Shown here one piece after another: positions 56,446 through 64,000 of a stretch of DNA of 64,000 bases. A program made the translations under genes and the position numbers. The first letter of the stretch is position 1, and each line of letters starts with the position of its first letter. Source of the DNA: a bacterium (lineage in GTDB: Bacteria; Patescibacteriota; UBA1384; CAILIB01); the NCBI GenBank assembly GCA_037131105.1, contig JBAXRQ010000001.1, positions 66,039-130,038 on the forward strand, read 5' to 3'. A model generated the notes under the pieces. That model worked only from the letters and a program-made list of their open reading frames with translations. It was not told the origin of the DNA and searched no databases.

Positions 56446-56453
56446 CAGGAGTC

Positions 56454-57170
56454 TTATTCTTTCGCCAGCGCCGTTGTCTCCCCCTCCAGATAATTTCTAA
56501 TTCCCTTCGCCACCCCTTCCGCCAGCATGTCGTCATGCTTCTTGAACATCGATCTATCAATGGAATTGGTGATAAACCCTAGCTCGATAAGCGCTCCGGG
56601 AGTCTTGGGATCGATGGAATGGATGAACTTGCTGTAGTTGAATGCGTAGTACTGGGTCATATTGTCAGTGATGGTAGGATTGCGATACATGCCGGTGACT
56701 TCGCCGTAGGCTGCTTCGATACTGTCGCTGAGCGACTGGGCTTTGCTGTCTATACTGTCCCACTGTGAGGGGGCCACCTTGTACCCGTACACCGACGAAT
56801 CGTCATTACCATCGGCATGAATGGCTATGAAGGCATTGGCGCAGTAGTCCTCGGGAATAGTGGCAGGTAATATGTCGACGGCAATATTCTCTGACTTGAG
56901 AAGGGCTGCCACCTTCTGAGCGATATTAAGGTTCACATCTACTTCATTTACTCCGGCGGCTGAGGCGCCGTAGTCCCATTGTAGCTTTGAGAGCTCATCG
57001 GGAAGTTGGTCGATCCGCCAGTGTCCGGCCTGGATGCCCACTTTCTTGGCGGCTCCGAGGGTTTCGGGACAAGTAGCGGGTATAGCCTCTGCATTGGCTA
57101 ATGTAACAACCTTCTTAATTACGCTAGCAGTTGGTTGCGTGGCTAGTGCGTCGTGACGATAAGTAAACAC
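56454..57170 (-). CDS. N-acetylmuramoyl-L-alanine amidase (Amidase_3 family); true N-terminus probably further upstream
   Basis: GIQAGHW, AFIAIHADG, LIELGFITN motifs; annotated GTG start lacks the signal/TM, which is encoded in-frame just upstream without a canonical start. Confidence 0.65.
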   Translation of the reverse strand: MFTYRHDALATQPTASVIKKVVTLANAEAIPATCPETLGAAKKVGIQAGHWRIDQLPDELSKLQWDYGASAAGVNEVDVNLNIAQKVAALLKSENIAVDILPATIPEDYCANAFIAIHADGNDDSSVYGYKVAPSQWDSIDSKAQSLSDSIEAAYGEVTGMYRNPTITDNMTQYYAFNYSKFIHSIDPKTPGALIELGFITNSIDRSMFKKHDDMLAEGVAKGIRNYLEGETTALAKE

Positions 57171-57282
57171 ATAGTATCCAGTGCCGCCCAGAGCGACTAA
57201 CAGAATGGCGCTAGCTACGGTAGTGAAGAGAAGGACTCGCTGGCTGATGGAGGAAGAAATAGAGACTTTGACTAAGGATATA

Positions 57283-57600
57283 TCAAGAAGCTGAGGGACC
57301 CATGAGGATGGTGGATAGAATACTAAGCTTCTCCTCGATCATTCGGAAGCGTTTTTCATCGTTACGATCTTTCTCTACAAGGAAGTCAAGGATCTTGTCG
57401 ACTTTGTCTTCTAGCCTTTGCATGCGATCCTCCAGGGCATCGAGCCGTCTCTCGATTGCATCAAATCGCTTATTGATAGACTCAAAGATCCGGTCGTGCC
57501 TGATGAGCTCCTGTTCAGTCCCGCGCACTCGCACGTCTAATTCGACTACCTTTTCGGCAACGAATGAGGGCGCTGAGGAATGGGAAGGCTTGATGGACAT
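57283..57600 (-). CDS. coiled-coil small protein (105 aa), possibly the N-terminal part of the amidase
   Basis: heptad-rich sequence; frame is +1 relative to the amidase; both frames open over 57283-57338. Confidence 0.4.
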   Translation of the reverse strand: MSIKPSHSSAPSFVAEKVVELDVRVRGTEQELIRHDRIFESINKRFDAIERRLDALEDRMQRLEDKVDKILDFLVEKDRNDEKRFRMIEEKLSILSTILMGPSAS

Positions 57601-57689
57601 GGGCTAAGTATATGACAGGCGATGGCGGCAGTGAACCTATTTCACAGTGGCACATATCGTACTAGCTGTAATATTCCTACCAGAGGGCC

Positions 57690-58196
57690 TTATAACAAGG
57701 AAACGTGTTCAAAGTTTCCAGTTTCCGTGTCGTAGATGCCGAAGCTGGGTTTTCCAAACCTGAAACCTGCCACTTCTCCCGGATTTGCGAGAAGGGATTC
57801 CCCAACCATTTCCTGGGCTGCCACATGGTTGTGGCCATGGAAGGCAGCGTCATAACGCCCAGAAAGCGCGGCGATACGGGCAACTTCGGGATAGTGGGTG
57901 ATAAAGATCTTTTTGCCGCCTAATTCTATCTCGGCAAAGTCCTGCTCGGCGTATTCCATGGTGCCGTACTCAGCCGTCTTGCGATAGGTCTGCAGTTTGT
58001 CGCCGTCCACGTTTCCCCAGACACAGTGCCACTTGAGGCCTGATTCAGCTAAGAGGATGGCAGCTGGAGGCGCACACATGTCGCCAAGGTGTAGGCCTTC
58101 GGAAATGCCGCGGGCCTTGGTCAGCTCCAGGGCTTTCTTGATGTTTTCCATATTGTCGTGGGAGTCGGAGAGTATGGCGATGAGCATGACAGGCAT
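57690..58196 (-). CDS. YfcE/MJ0936-type metallophosphoesterase
   Basis: DSHDN, GD, GNVD, GHNH motif series. Confidence 0.75.
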   Translation of the reverse strand: MPVMLIAILSDSHDNMENIKKALELTKARGISEGLHLGDMCAPPAAILLAESGLKWHCVWGNVDGDKLQTYRKTAEYGTMEYAEQDFAEIELGGKKIFITHYPEVARIAALSGRYDAAFHGHNHVAAQEMVGESLLANPGEVAGFRFGKPSFGIYDTETGNFEHVSLL

Positions 58197-58368
58197 TAGG
58201 TTTCTACTACCAGTATACTACATGGTCGGATGGGGGAGAACGTAGCGAAGGTAGTACACTGGGCCGCTCCTGAAATGTTCAAATGAGGGGGAATGGATGG
58301 CCTTCGCTGGTGCGCGACGTGACAGATGAGTCACTCTGGCCATAGCCGATTCTCCCGGATCAGCGTCT

Positions 58369-58443
58369 AATTCCCGCCCCTGCCACCAAAAAGAGAACCA
58401 TCTAAAATAAATGGTTCTCTTTTTGGTGGCAGGGGCGGGAATT
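58369..58443. repeat. 33-bp perfect inverted repeat (9-nt loop) containing the tRNA 3' 20 nt
   Basis: aattcccgcccctgccaccaaaaagagaaccat-ctaaaataa-atggttctctttttggtggcaggggcgggaatt. Confidence 0.85.
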
Positions 58444-58498
58444 GAACCCGCGACCAAGAGCTTATGAGTCTCCTGCTCTACCCCTGAGCTACCCTGCC
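58424..58498 (-). tRNA. tRNA with CAT anticodon, body closest to tRNA-Ile2 (lysidine) type; elongator Met possible
   Basis: GGCAGGGTAGCTCAGGGGTAGAGCAGGAGACTCATAAGCTCTTGGTCGCGGGTTCAATTCC...; resembles E. coli tRNA-Ile2. Confidence 0.8.
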
Positions 58499-58609
58499 AT
58501 GCGAGACTACCATATCAGATTTACACCTGGTTCTCAAGGTTGAGCGTAGTCGCCTGGATAGTCTGCCGAGGTCATTCATTCTGGCTCTGCTTACTGCTAT
58601 ACTGGCTGT

Positions 58610-59803
58610 ATGCGTATTCTGTTAGCCACGGAGTCATTTCATCCGGTAGTCTCAGGCGTCTCGGTAGTCACCCAGCGATTGGGGGCTGCCTTGGCGGAGC
58701 GTGGTCACGAGGTTACCATCGTCGCTCCTTCGCTTGACCGTCGCTTCCGCCGGGAGACCCAGGATGGCTATACTGTTTACCGGCTACCTTCGCGCCGTCA
58801 TCCCTTCAAGAAAGGGGCTCGCTTCGCCCCGTTCAGCTACCGCTACGTGAAGCGGGTGCTTGATGTGACGCAGCCCCAGGTGGTACACATCCAGGAGCCA
58901 GCTACCCTCTGTAGGCCGGTGGCCCGCCAGGCTTTCCGCCGGGGTATTCCAGTGATCGCCACTCAGCATTTTCTATTTGAGTTCCTGATGACCTTTCTGC
59001 CGCTACTCAAGAGCTGGCATCCGCTCATCCAGACCGTTACCGAGCGCAATATCCTTTCCTTTTACAAATGCTGCGATGTGGTGACAGTGCCGAGCCAAAC
59101 GTTGAAGCGTTACCTTGAGGAACGGGATATTACCGTACCAGTAGTGGTCATAAGTAATGGCGTGGACACTACCCGGTTCGCCCCCCGTCAGCGGTCTACT
59201 GCCCTTTTACGTAAATACCGCCTCCCCAACGACAGGCCCCTGCTGGGCTATGTGGGACGTCTGGACCCTGAGAAAAATCTAGAGGTATTTCTAGAGGCGT
59301 TGGCTCTGGTCAAGGATGAGTATGATTTTCAGGCCGTAATGGTCGGAAGCGGCCAGGCCAGTCGCCATCTGCAGGCCAGGTCGCGTCAGATGGGGCTTTC
59401 ACCGATGATTCGCTGGATCCGGCCGGTAGCCAACAAAGACAAAGCCTTGCCCCAGATCTTCAATCTTATGGATGTGTTTTGTATTCCCTCAGTGATCGAG
59501 ACTGAGTCTTTGGTGACTATGGAAGCTATGTCCAGCGGTCTGCCGGTCCTGGCCGCTAACGAAGGGGCGCTGCCTGAGCTGGTTACCTCAGGGAAGAACG
59601 GCTACCTGGTGTCTGAGGATACCGCCGAGTCCTGGGCAACTTCTCTTCGTCGTATGCTTTCCAACCAGGAGGCTTTCAAGGCGATGGGCGAGGATAGCCG
59701 CAAGCGTATTGCCAAGCGAGACGTAGTGGATAGTGTCATCCAGTTTGAAGAGCTATACGCCAAGGTGGCATCAGGGGCTGATCACAAGGCTGAGGTCACC
59801 TAA
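58610..59803 (+). CDS. GT4-family glycosyltransferase
   Basis: EAMSSGLPVLAANEGALPELV E-x7-E region; -10 TATACT 13 nt upstream, so nearly leaderless. Confidence 0.85.
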   Translation: MRILLATESFHPVVSGVSVVTQRLGAALAERGHEVTIVAPSLDRRFRRETQDGYTVYRLPSRRHPFKKGARFAPFSYRYVKRVLDVTQPQVVHIQEPATLCRPVARQAFRRGIPVIATQHFLFEFLMTFLPLLKSWHPLIQTVTERNILSFYKCCDVVTVPSQTLKRYLEERDITVPVVVISNGVDTTRFAPRQRSTALLRKYRLPNDRPLLGYVGRLDPEKNLEVFLEALALVKDEYDFQAVMVGSGQASRHLQARSRQMGLSPMIRWIRPVANKDKALPQIFNLMDVFCIPSVIETESLVTMEAMSSGLPVLAANEGALPELVTSGKNGYLVSEDTAESWATSLRRMLSNQEAFKAMGEDSRKRIAKRDVVDSVIQFEELYAKVASGADHKAEVT

Positions 59804-60301
59804 GTTCTGTAGAAGATTGCGGTCGCCCTGGGTCAGGCGGCTTTTTTGCTGCGTTGTTATGAGGGTGGAGCCTGCCTGAAGCGGTGTAATAGTAAGAGCC
59901 ACCAACGGGGAGACCTGGGCAAGGGTGGCAGCACTGGCCAGACTGCAGCTTACCTGGATTGACCCAAGTACCGGGTCAATCTTTTGGGTGAGTTGACTGG
60001 AGCAGATAGTTCCAGCCGATGTGACGTTGTCGATGTGCAGTATGGCGGGATCGTAGGAAAGTAAGGCGCTGGCCTGTTCAATGCGGCCGCCACCATTGTC
60101 GATGAGTAGACTGATAGAGGTCGCAGTACCTACCCGGATGCCTGCGGGACCTTTGCGGAGAAGAAGGCGGGCGCTACCGGCACGAACCGAGGGATCAAAG
60201 GAGAGGGATCGCTTGGCAACCAGGTTCTGCTCGACAGCATACGACCCGTATACACTTACGACTGCCACCATGATCAGGGTGATAAGAGCGGTTCCTTTCA
60301 T
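59771..60301 (-). CDS. signal-anchored protein with cohesin-like beta domain
   Basis: LLSYDPAILHIDNV resembles the cohesin-domain core. Confidence 0.4.
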   Translation of the reverse strand: MKGTALITLIMVAVVSVYGSYAVEQNLVAKRSLSFDPSVRAGSARLLLRKGPAGIRVGTATSISLLIDNGGGRIEQASALLSYDPAILHIDNVTSAGTICSSQLTQKIDPVLGSIQVSCSLASAATLAQVSPLVALTITPLQAGSTLITTQQKSRLTQGDRNLLQNLGDLSLVISP

Positions 60302-61335
60302 CGGAGGCAGTTACGGGAAAGGGAAAGAGGGACCGTAGTAAGTAGGGAGACCGGGGCTTCTCCGCCCAGGGTGGCAATGGTTTTCCCAATGAGTACTTGA
60401 GAGCTTCCGGCGGCTATGACTGGCTGCCTGAAGTCGGTGCCAAGGTGTTCCTGCACATATCCTATGGTGTCGGCGGAGCCTAGCAGTACTCCATCAGTGG
60501 TAACCGGTGCATGCAGGGCCAGTATTCCCCGGTTATCTGCGAGAGCCAAGTTCCTGTTTCCAGGTGATAGTGATGAAAGATACTCGCTATCTATACGGCG
60601 GCCTATCAGCAGCCAGCCGGCCGGGCTCCCGTCTCCACTCACTATAGTGTGGCCGGCCACGAGAAACAGTCCAGTGTCACGGATACGGGCCAGCCCTGAA
60701 AAGGTATCCTGGACTTCTAAGCCGGGGAGCCAGGCCATATAATCGGCCAGGCTACCGTTCCAACTCTGTGCATTCGGAGTCGCTGCCACTATGATCCCCT
60801 TTGCATCGGTAATGATGGACAGTTGGAGCTGGTTAGTGCGGGCCGTACTCGTCATCCAGCTGGGTGTTGGAAGGAGGACTGTGGGATCCTGGGCCAGTCG
60901 GGCGACTACTGAGCTCAGGGCATCCCTATTGGCGCCGATGGCTTCAACGGTTGCGGTGAGGGTTGTGGAGGCGCGGTCTGTCTCTATCTCTTGGCAGTAG
61001 CGACCGGCCAGAATGGTTCCAGTAGGTATCGTAACAAGGATGAGTGCACAGAGCAGTAGCCAAACAACGGGAAGGCGAGAGGAGCGCAACAACAACAGAG
61101 CTAGACAACAGCCGGCAATGCCACCAAGACCGGCCATCCAGCCCCAGGAGGTCTCCCATACCAGCAGGGGAATGATCAAACCCGCCATCACGAGGACTCC
61201 GCTTATCACCGATCTCCAAAGGGGTCGCCAGGCCTGCACCGGTGTCATTATCACAAAGACCAGAGCAGCAAAAAGCAGGGAGCTGGTACCGGTCACCAGG
61301 TAGAAAATGGCCAGGTGAAGCTGGTATGCGGTCAT
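60298..61335 (-). CDS. hypothetical membrane protein (4 TM + extracytoplasmic domain)
   Basis: hydrophobic profile. Confidence 0.45.
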   Translation of the reverse strand: MTAYQLHLAIFYLVTGTSSLLFAALVFVIMTPVQAWRPLWRSVISGVLVMAGLIIPLLVWETSWGWMAGLGGIAGCCLALLLLRSSRLPVVWLLLCALILVTIPTGTILAGRYCQEIETDRASTTLTATVEAIGANRDALSSVVARLAQDPTVLLPTPSWMTSTARTNQLQLSIITDAKGIIVAATPNAQSWNGSLADYMAWLPGLEVQDTFSGLARIRDTGLFLVAGHTIVSGDGSPAGWLLIGRRIDSEYLSSLSPGNRNLALADNRGILALHAPVTTDGVLLGSADTIGYVQEHLGTDFRQPVIAAGSSQVLIGKTIATLGGEAPVSLLTTVPLSLSRNCLR

Positions 61336-61350
61336 TGCTGGCGTGGAGGA

Positions 61351-62535
61351 CTAATTGGTGAACTTGATCGAAGTGATCATGCGGGCGAGGCGCTGGCCAT
61401 CATCGGTGGTGGGAGGCTCTTCCTTGATCCAAAAGGCATAGACGGTGTCAGCATGCTGGACGAAATATTGGTATCCCGAAAGGGGATTATGGGAAGTAGG
61501 CTGTGCCAACCAGGCTGGCTGACCCATGAAGGTGCTTTGGTTGAGGGAATAATCGCTGGTCGGTGCATAGGTATTAGTGTTGCTGGCCATCCAGTCATCC
61601 AGCTTTGTGTGGGCCGGTACTACGGTCCGGGTTACCTTCAGGAGGTAGCCACTCTTACGTAGAAACCAGAGATTACTTCCCCCGGTGGTGTGTACCATGT
61701 TTGAGGTATTTTTGGGGTATTCCATGGTAATACCGAAGTCACTGTCAGTGGTGGTGGACCAGACGGTGCTGGCATAGGCCAGATCGGCAAATGACTCGGA
61801 GAAACTTTCGGCAATATCAGCTCCTGGAGAGGCGTTGATACTTGGGTCGGTACTGGCTCCGGCTACTTTGCCGGTTGCGGAGGGCTGCTTGGGTATGGTG
61901 CTGCCGGTCTTAAGTACGTTCCAGGTGAAGCCTCCCACGGCTACCACGATGGTCAGGCCGACAAGACGTACTACCAATCTACGGACAGGTACGGGACGTC
62001 GAGGGGACCGCTCCTTTTTTTCCTTCTTTACTCTCTTTTCAATGGGAGGCAGCTTGAGCTGGGTGACTACCGGTACCACGGGCTCCGGTTGCAATTCAGG
62101 AATGACGACTACAGGAGTCGGGGTCTCGATAGTTGCTTGGGGGGTTACCGGACGAGGCCTGATGTCTCGCAGGTGGAGTACTCCTGTGGGTCCTCCATGT
62201 ATGAATACCTCACGCACCTGGCGCTGGTAGTCGGTAAGGCGCTCTTCTAGCTGGCTGAGCTGGCTGTTTTTCTCCTGGTTTTCAGCATGGAGAGAAGTGA
62301 CTGCCTCGCGCAGCCTTTTCATTTCATCGGCAAGTCGTGAGCCCTCATCTTGTACTACGGGTTCATGAAGGCCGCCCTCTTCAACCTGGCGCTTGAGTAG
62401 GTCAAGCTCCTGGGAGGTCTGTCGAACAAGCTCGAGCTGTCGCTGTTGAAGGCGGCTGATCTGTTCGCTCAACGAATAACGGGGATCGCTGGTATCCATG
62501 TCTCCATGATACCATGCGGGTTCTTCCACTCTCAA
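61351..62535 (-). CDS. bitopic protein: cytoplasmic coiled coil, TM, extracellular domain
   Basis: heptad N-terminus, Pro-rich linker, TM LVGLTIVVAVGGF. Confidence 0.45.
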   Translation of the reverse strand: MRVEEPAWYHGDMDTSDPRYSLSEQISRLQQRQLELVRQTSQELDLLKRQVEEGGLHEPVVQDEGSRLADEMKRLREAVTSLHAENQEKNSQLSQLEERLTDYQRQVREVFIHGGPTGVLHLRDIRPRPVTPQATIETPTPVVVIPELQPEPVVPVVTQLKLPPIEKRVKKEKKERSPRRPVPVRRLVVRLVGLTIVVAVGGFTWNVLKTGSTIPKQPSATGKVAGASTDPSINASPGADIAESFSESFADLAYASTVWSTTTDSDFGITMEYPKNTSNMVHTTGGSNLWFLRKSGYLLKVTRTVVPAHTKLDDWMASNTNTYAPTSDYSLNQSTFMGQPAWLAQPTSHNPLSGYQYFVQHADTVYAFWIKEEPPTTDDGQRLARMITSIKFTN

Positions 62536-62546
62536 CCAATGAGTTC

Positions 62547-63734
62547 TTACTTCTTTTCTGCGTCAGGTGCGGCTTCCGCGGCTTTGGTAGGCTCGGCGGC
62601 AGGCTTGCCCTTTTCCTTGTCAGATTCTACAGGTTTGTTGAAGTCGGGTTTGAGTTGGCGGAGAATGTTCTCCTTGGCCTTCTGGAACTCCTCACGGTAC
62701 TGCTCACGGCCCTTGGCGCCCTTCTCAGCCAATAGGTCTAGCTTTCCTTCAAGTGAGGCTAGTTCGCCTAGCTCCATCTCGAAGAGACGGTCCAGGGTCC
62801 GCTTGCGCCGGCGCTCGAGAAGGTATAGCCGATAGGTAAAGAAGACAATAGCAAGGGTGAGGCTCAGTACCGGTATCATGCCGATCATAAGGGCGGCAAG
62901 GCCGGTGGTATCTTTCTTCATGGAGCCAAGCTGTCCAAATGAGGAGAATACGTCACGAAGGGCTTGGATCACCGATCGTTTCTGGGAGGTGCTGGCAGCG
63001 TTGTCTTTTGAGGAGGCAGCCGTCGCAGCTGGGGTAGCAGTTGCCTTGGGGAGGTTTTGTACCGGCGCGGCGGTAGGGGCTACGGTGGGAGCAGGGGTGG
63101 TCTCTACCTTAGGCGTCTCGGCTGCCTTGGGGGCCTGGCTAACGACGGGAGTAGGTGTGGCCTTAGCAGGGGTGGGCGTGGCCTTTGTAGTGGTACTGCC
63201 GGCAGCAGGAGTGGCCGTAGCGGCAGGAGGAGGCGTCGCGGCAGCCGTTACGGTAATGCTGCGCCCGCTGCAGCCACCGGTGATGTCTGTACCGTGTCCG
63301 TCGTTAGCTAGTACCTGGCAGCCGCTCAATCCGAACGTGCCGCTTCCGGCAGCAATGGCCTTGAGGGTAATAGTGCCCACCAGTCCGGAGCCGGTCAGTC
63401 CGGCTGGGGCGCCGCAGGTGGCCGTGGCTGAGCCGCCGCTTGGGTTAGGTGTGGTAATGGGTAGGGTACAGACTGAGCCTGAGAAGCTACCGCTCGCACC
63501 GCTGAAGAGACCACTGTTATAGCTGAGTGTGGCGTCGAAGGAGTTGGCGCTGACGCCGCCAGTATTCACATTGATGCTTACCGTCACCGTGTCGCCGACA
63601 GCAACGCTGCTGGGGGCCGAGACTGACATGCTGGCCGCCGCCTCAGCCGTAGGAATGACGCCAGCTACCAGCGCTCCGAAGGCGAAGACCAGTGATAGGC
63701 TGAGGAAGAGAATTCTTTTGAGTATGGTGCGCAT
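62547..63734 (-). CDS. surface protein: signal peptide, cohesin-like domain, Pro/Thr/Ala linker, TM, charged tail
   Basis: SFDATLSYNSGLF cohesin-like core; C-terminal TM LAALMIGMIPVLSLTLAIVFF. Confidence 0.5.
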   Translation of the reverse strand: MRTILKRILFLSLSLVFAFGALVAGVIPTAEAAASMSVSAPSSVAVGDTVTVSINVNTGGVSANSFDATLSYNSGLFSGASGSFSGSVCTLPITTPNPSGGSATATCGAPAGLTGSGLVGTITLKAIAAGSGTFGLSGCQVLANDGHGTDITGGCSGRSITVTAAATPPPAATATPAAGSTTTKATPTPAKATPTPVVSQAPKAAETPKVETTPAPTVAPTAAPVQNLPKATATPAATAASSKDNAASTSQKRSVIQALRDVFSSFGQLGSMKKDTTGLAALMIGMIPVLSLTLAIVFFTYRLYLLERRRKRTLDRLFEMELGELASLEGKLDLLAEKGAKGREQYREEFQKAKENILRQLKPDFNKPVESDKEKGKPAAEPTKAAEAAPDAEKK

Positions 63735-64000
63735 CAGAGCGATTGTCGAATGAGAAGGTCTTGCTTGGGTAGGGTTCCTTTGTAAAGCTGAGTGCCCTTG
63801 CCGTCATTGGCGAGTATCTGGGCGGTATCGTTCTGAAGGCTGAACGAGGTTGACCCTACGTTGTGACTGGTGATGTTTATCAGCAGTATTGACGAATCGC
63901 CGGTAAAGCCTGGCGAAGGGGCGCCGCAGGAGATACGTATCTCCCCCTTTATGTTATCAAAGGCGTTGCCAGTATAAAAGGAGCAGAAGGAAGCTGCTGT
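63734..64000 (-). CDS. 3' fragment of an upstream gene (88 C-terminal codons); TGA overlaps the ATG of the next gene (TGATG)
   Basis: open frame ...GKGTQLYKGTLPKQDLLIRQSL* from the window edge. Confidence 0.4.
   Translation of the reverse strand, partial: TAASFCSFYTGNAFDNIKGEIRISCGAPSPGFTGDSSILLINITSHNVGSTSFSLQNDTAQILANDGKGTQLYKGTLPKQDLLIRQSL

Noticed and set aside
56213-56450. tmRNA, 6S or RNase P RNA downstream of tRNA-Met
   Set aside because: It is too short for RNase P and the conserved boxes are not found. The T-loop and CCA ending is a degenerate copy of the tRNA-Met 3' end. It is kept only as an unclassified structured spacer.

Overview
This 64-kb window reads as a gene-dense chromosomal segment of a small-genome bacterium with about 55% GC. 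Many signal-anchored or surface proteins, TrbC/VirB2-like pilin paralogues, a protein O-mannosyltransferase, a type IV pilin next to ComEC, an apparent absence of fatty-acid synthesis genes and a short pyruvate kinase together suggest Patescibacteria/CPR-like biology; that assignment is inference. Housekeeping genes called with good confidence are pyk, a Kef-type antiporter, galU, hsp20, murI, lepB, uppP, cdsA, acpS, yebC, ruvC, grpE-dnaK-dnaJ, an aquaporin, lepA, murJ and ftsH. Six tRNAs were called by hand: Arg, Ser-GCT, Ser-TGA, Lys-TTT, initiator-like Met, and a CAT tRNA resembling Ile2. No rRNA, CRISPR array, transposase or integrase was seen. The most unusual features are: (1) every tRNA is followed by a hairpin whose stem is extended by an inverted, partly degenerate copy of the tRNA's own 3' end, and two loci also share a roughly 60-nt element with a covarying internal hairpin; (2) a lipid-scavenging locus containing a three-domain acyl-AMP ligase / carrier-domain / PlsC-type acyltransferase fusion next to acpS, cdsA and a CDP-alcohol phosphatidyltransferase; (3) four tandem TrbC/VirB2-like pilin paralogues downstream of a solute-binding lipoprotein; (4) a 619-aa cytoplasmic protein with a transglutaminase-like Cys-His-Asp core followed by two small membrane proteins; (5) comEC in two frames, an amidase whose membrane anchor lies upstream of its apparent start, and a cluster of cohesin-like surface proteins at the 3' end. 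All calls rest on sequence reading and remembered family signatures; no searches were run.
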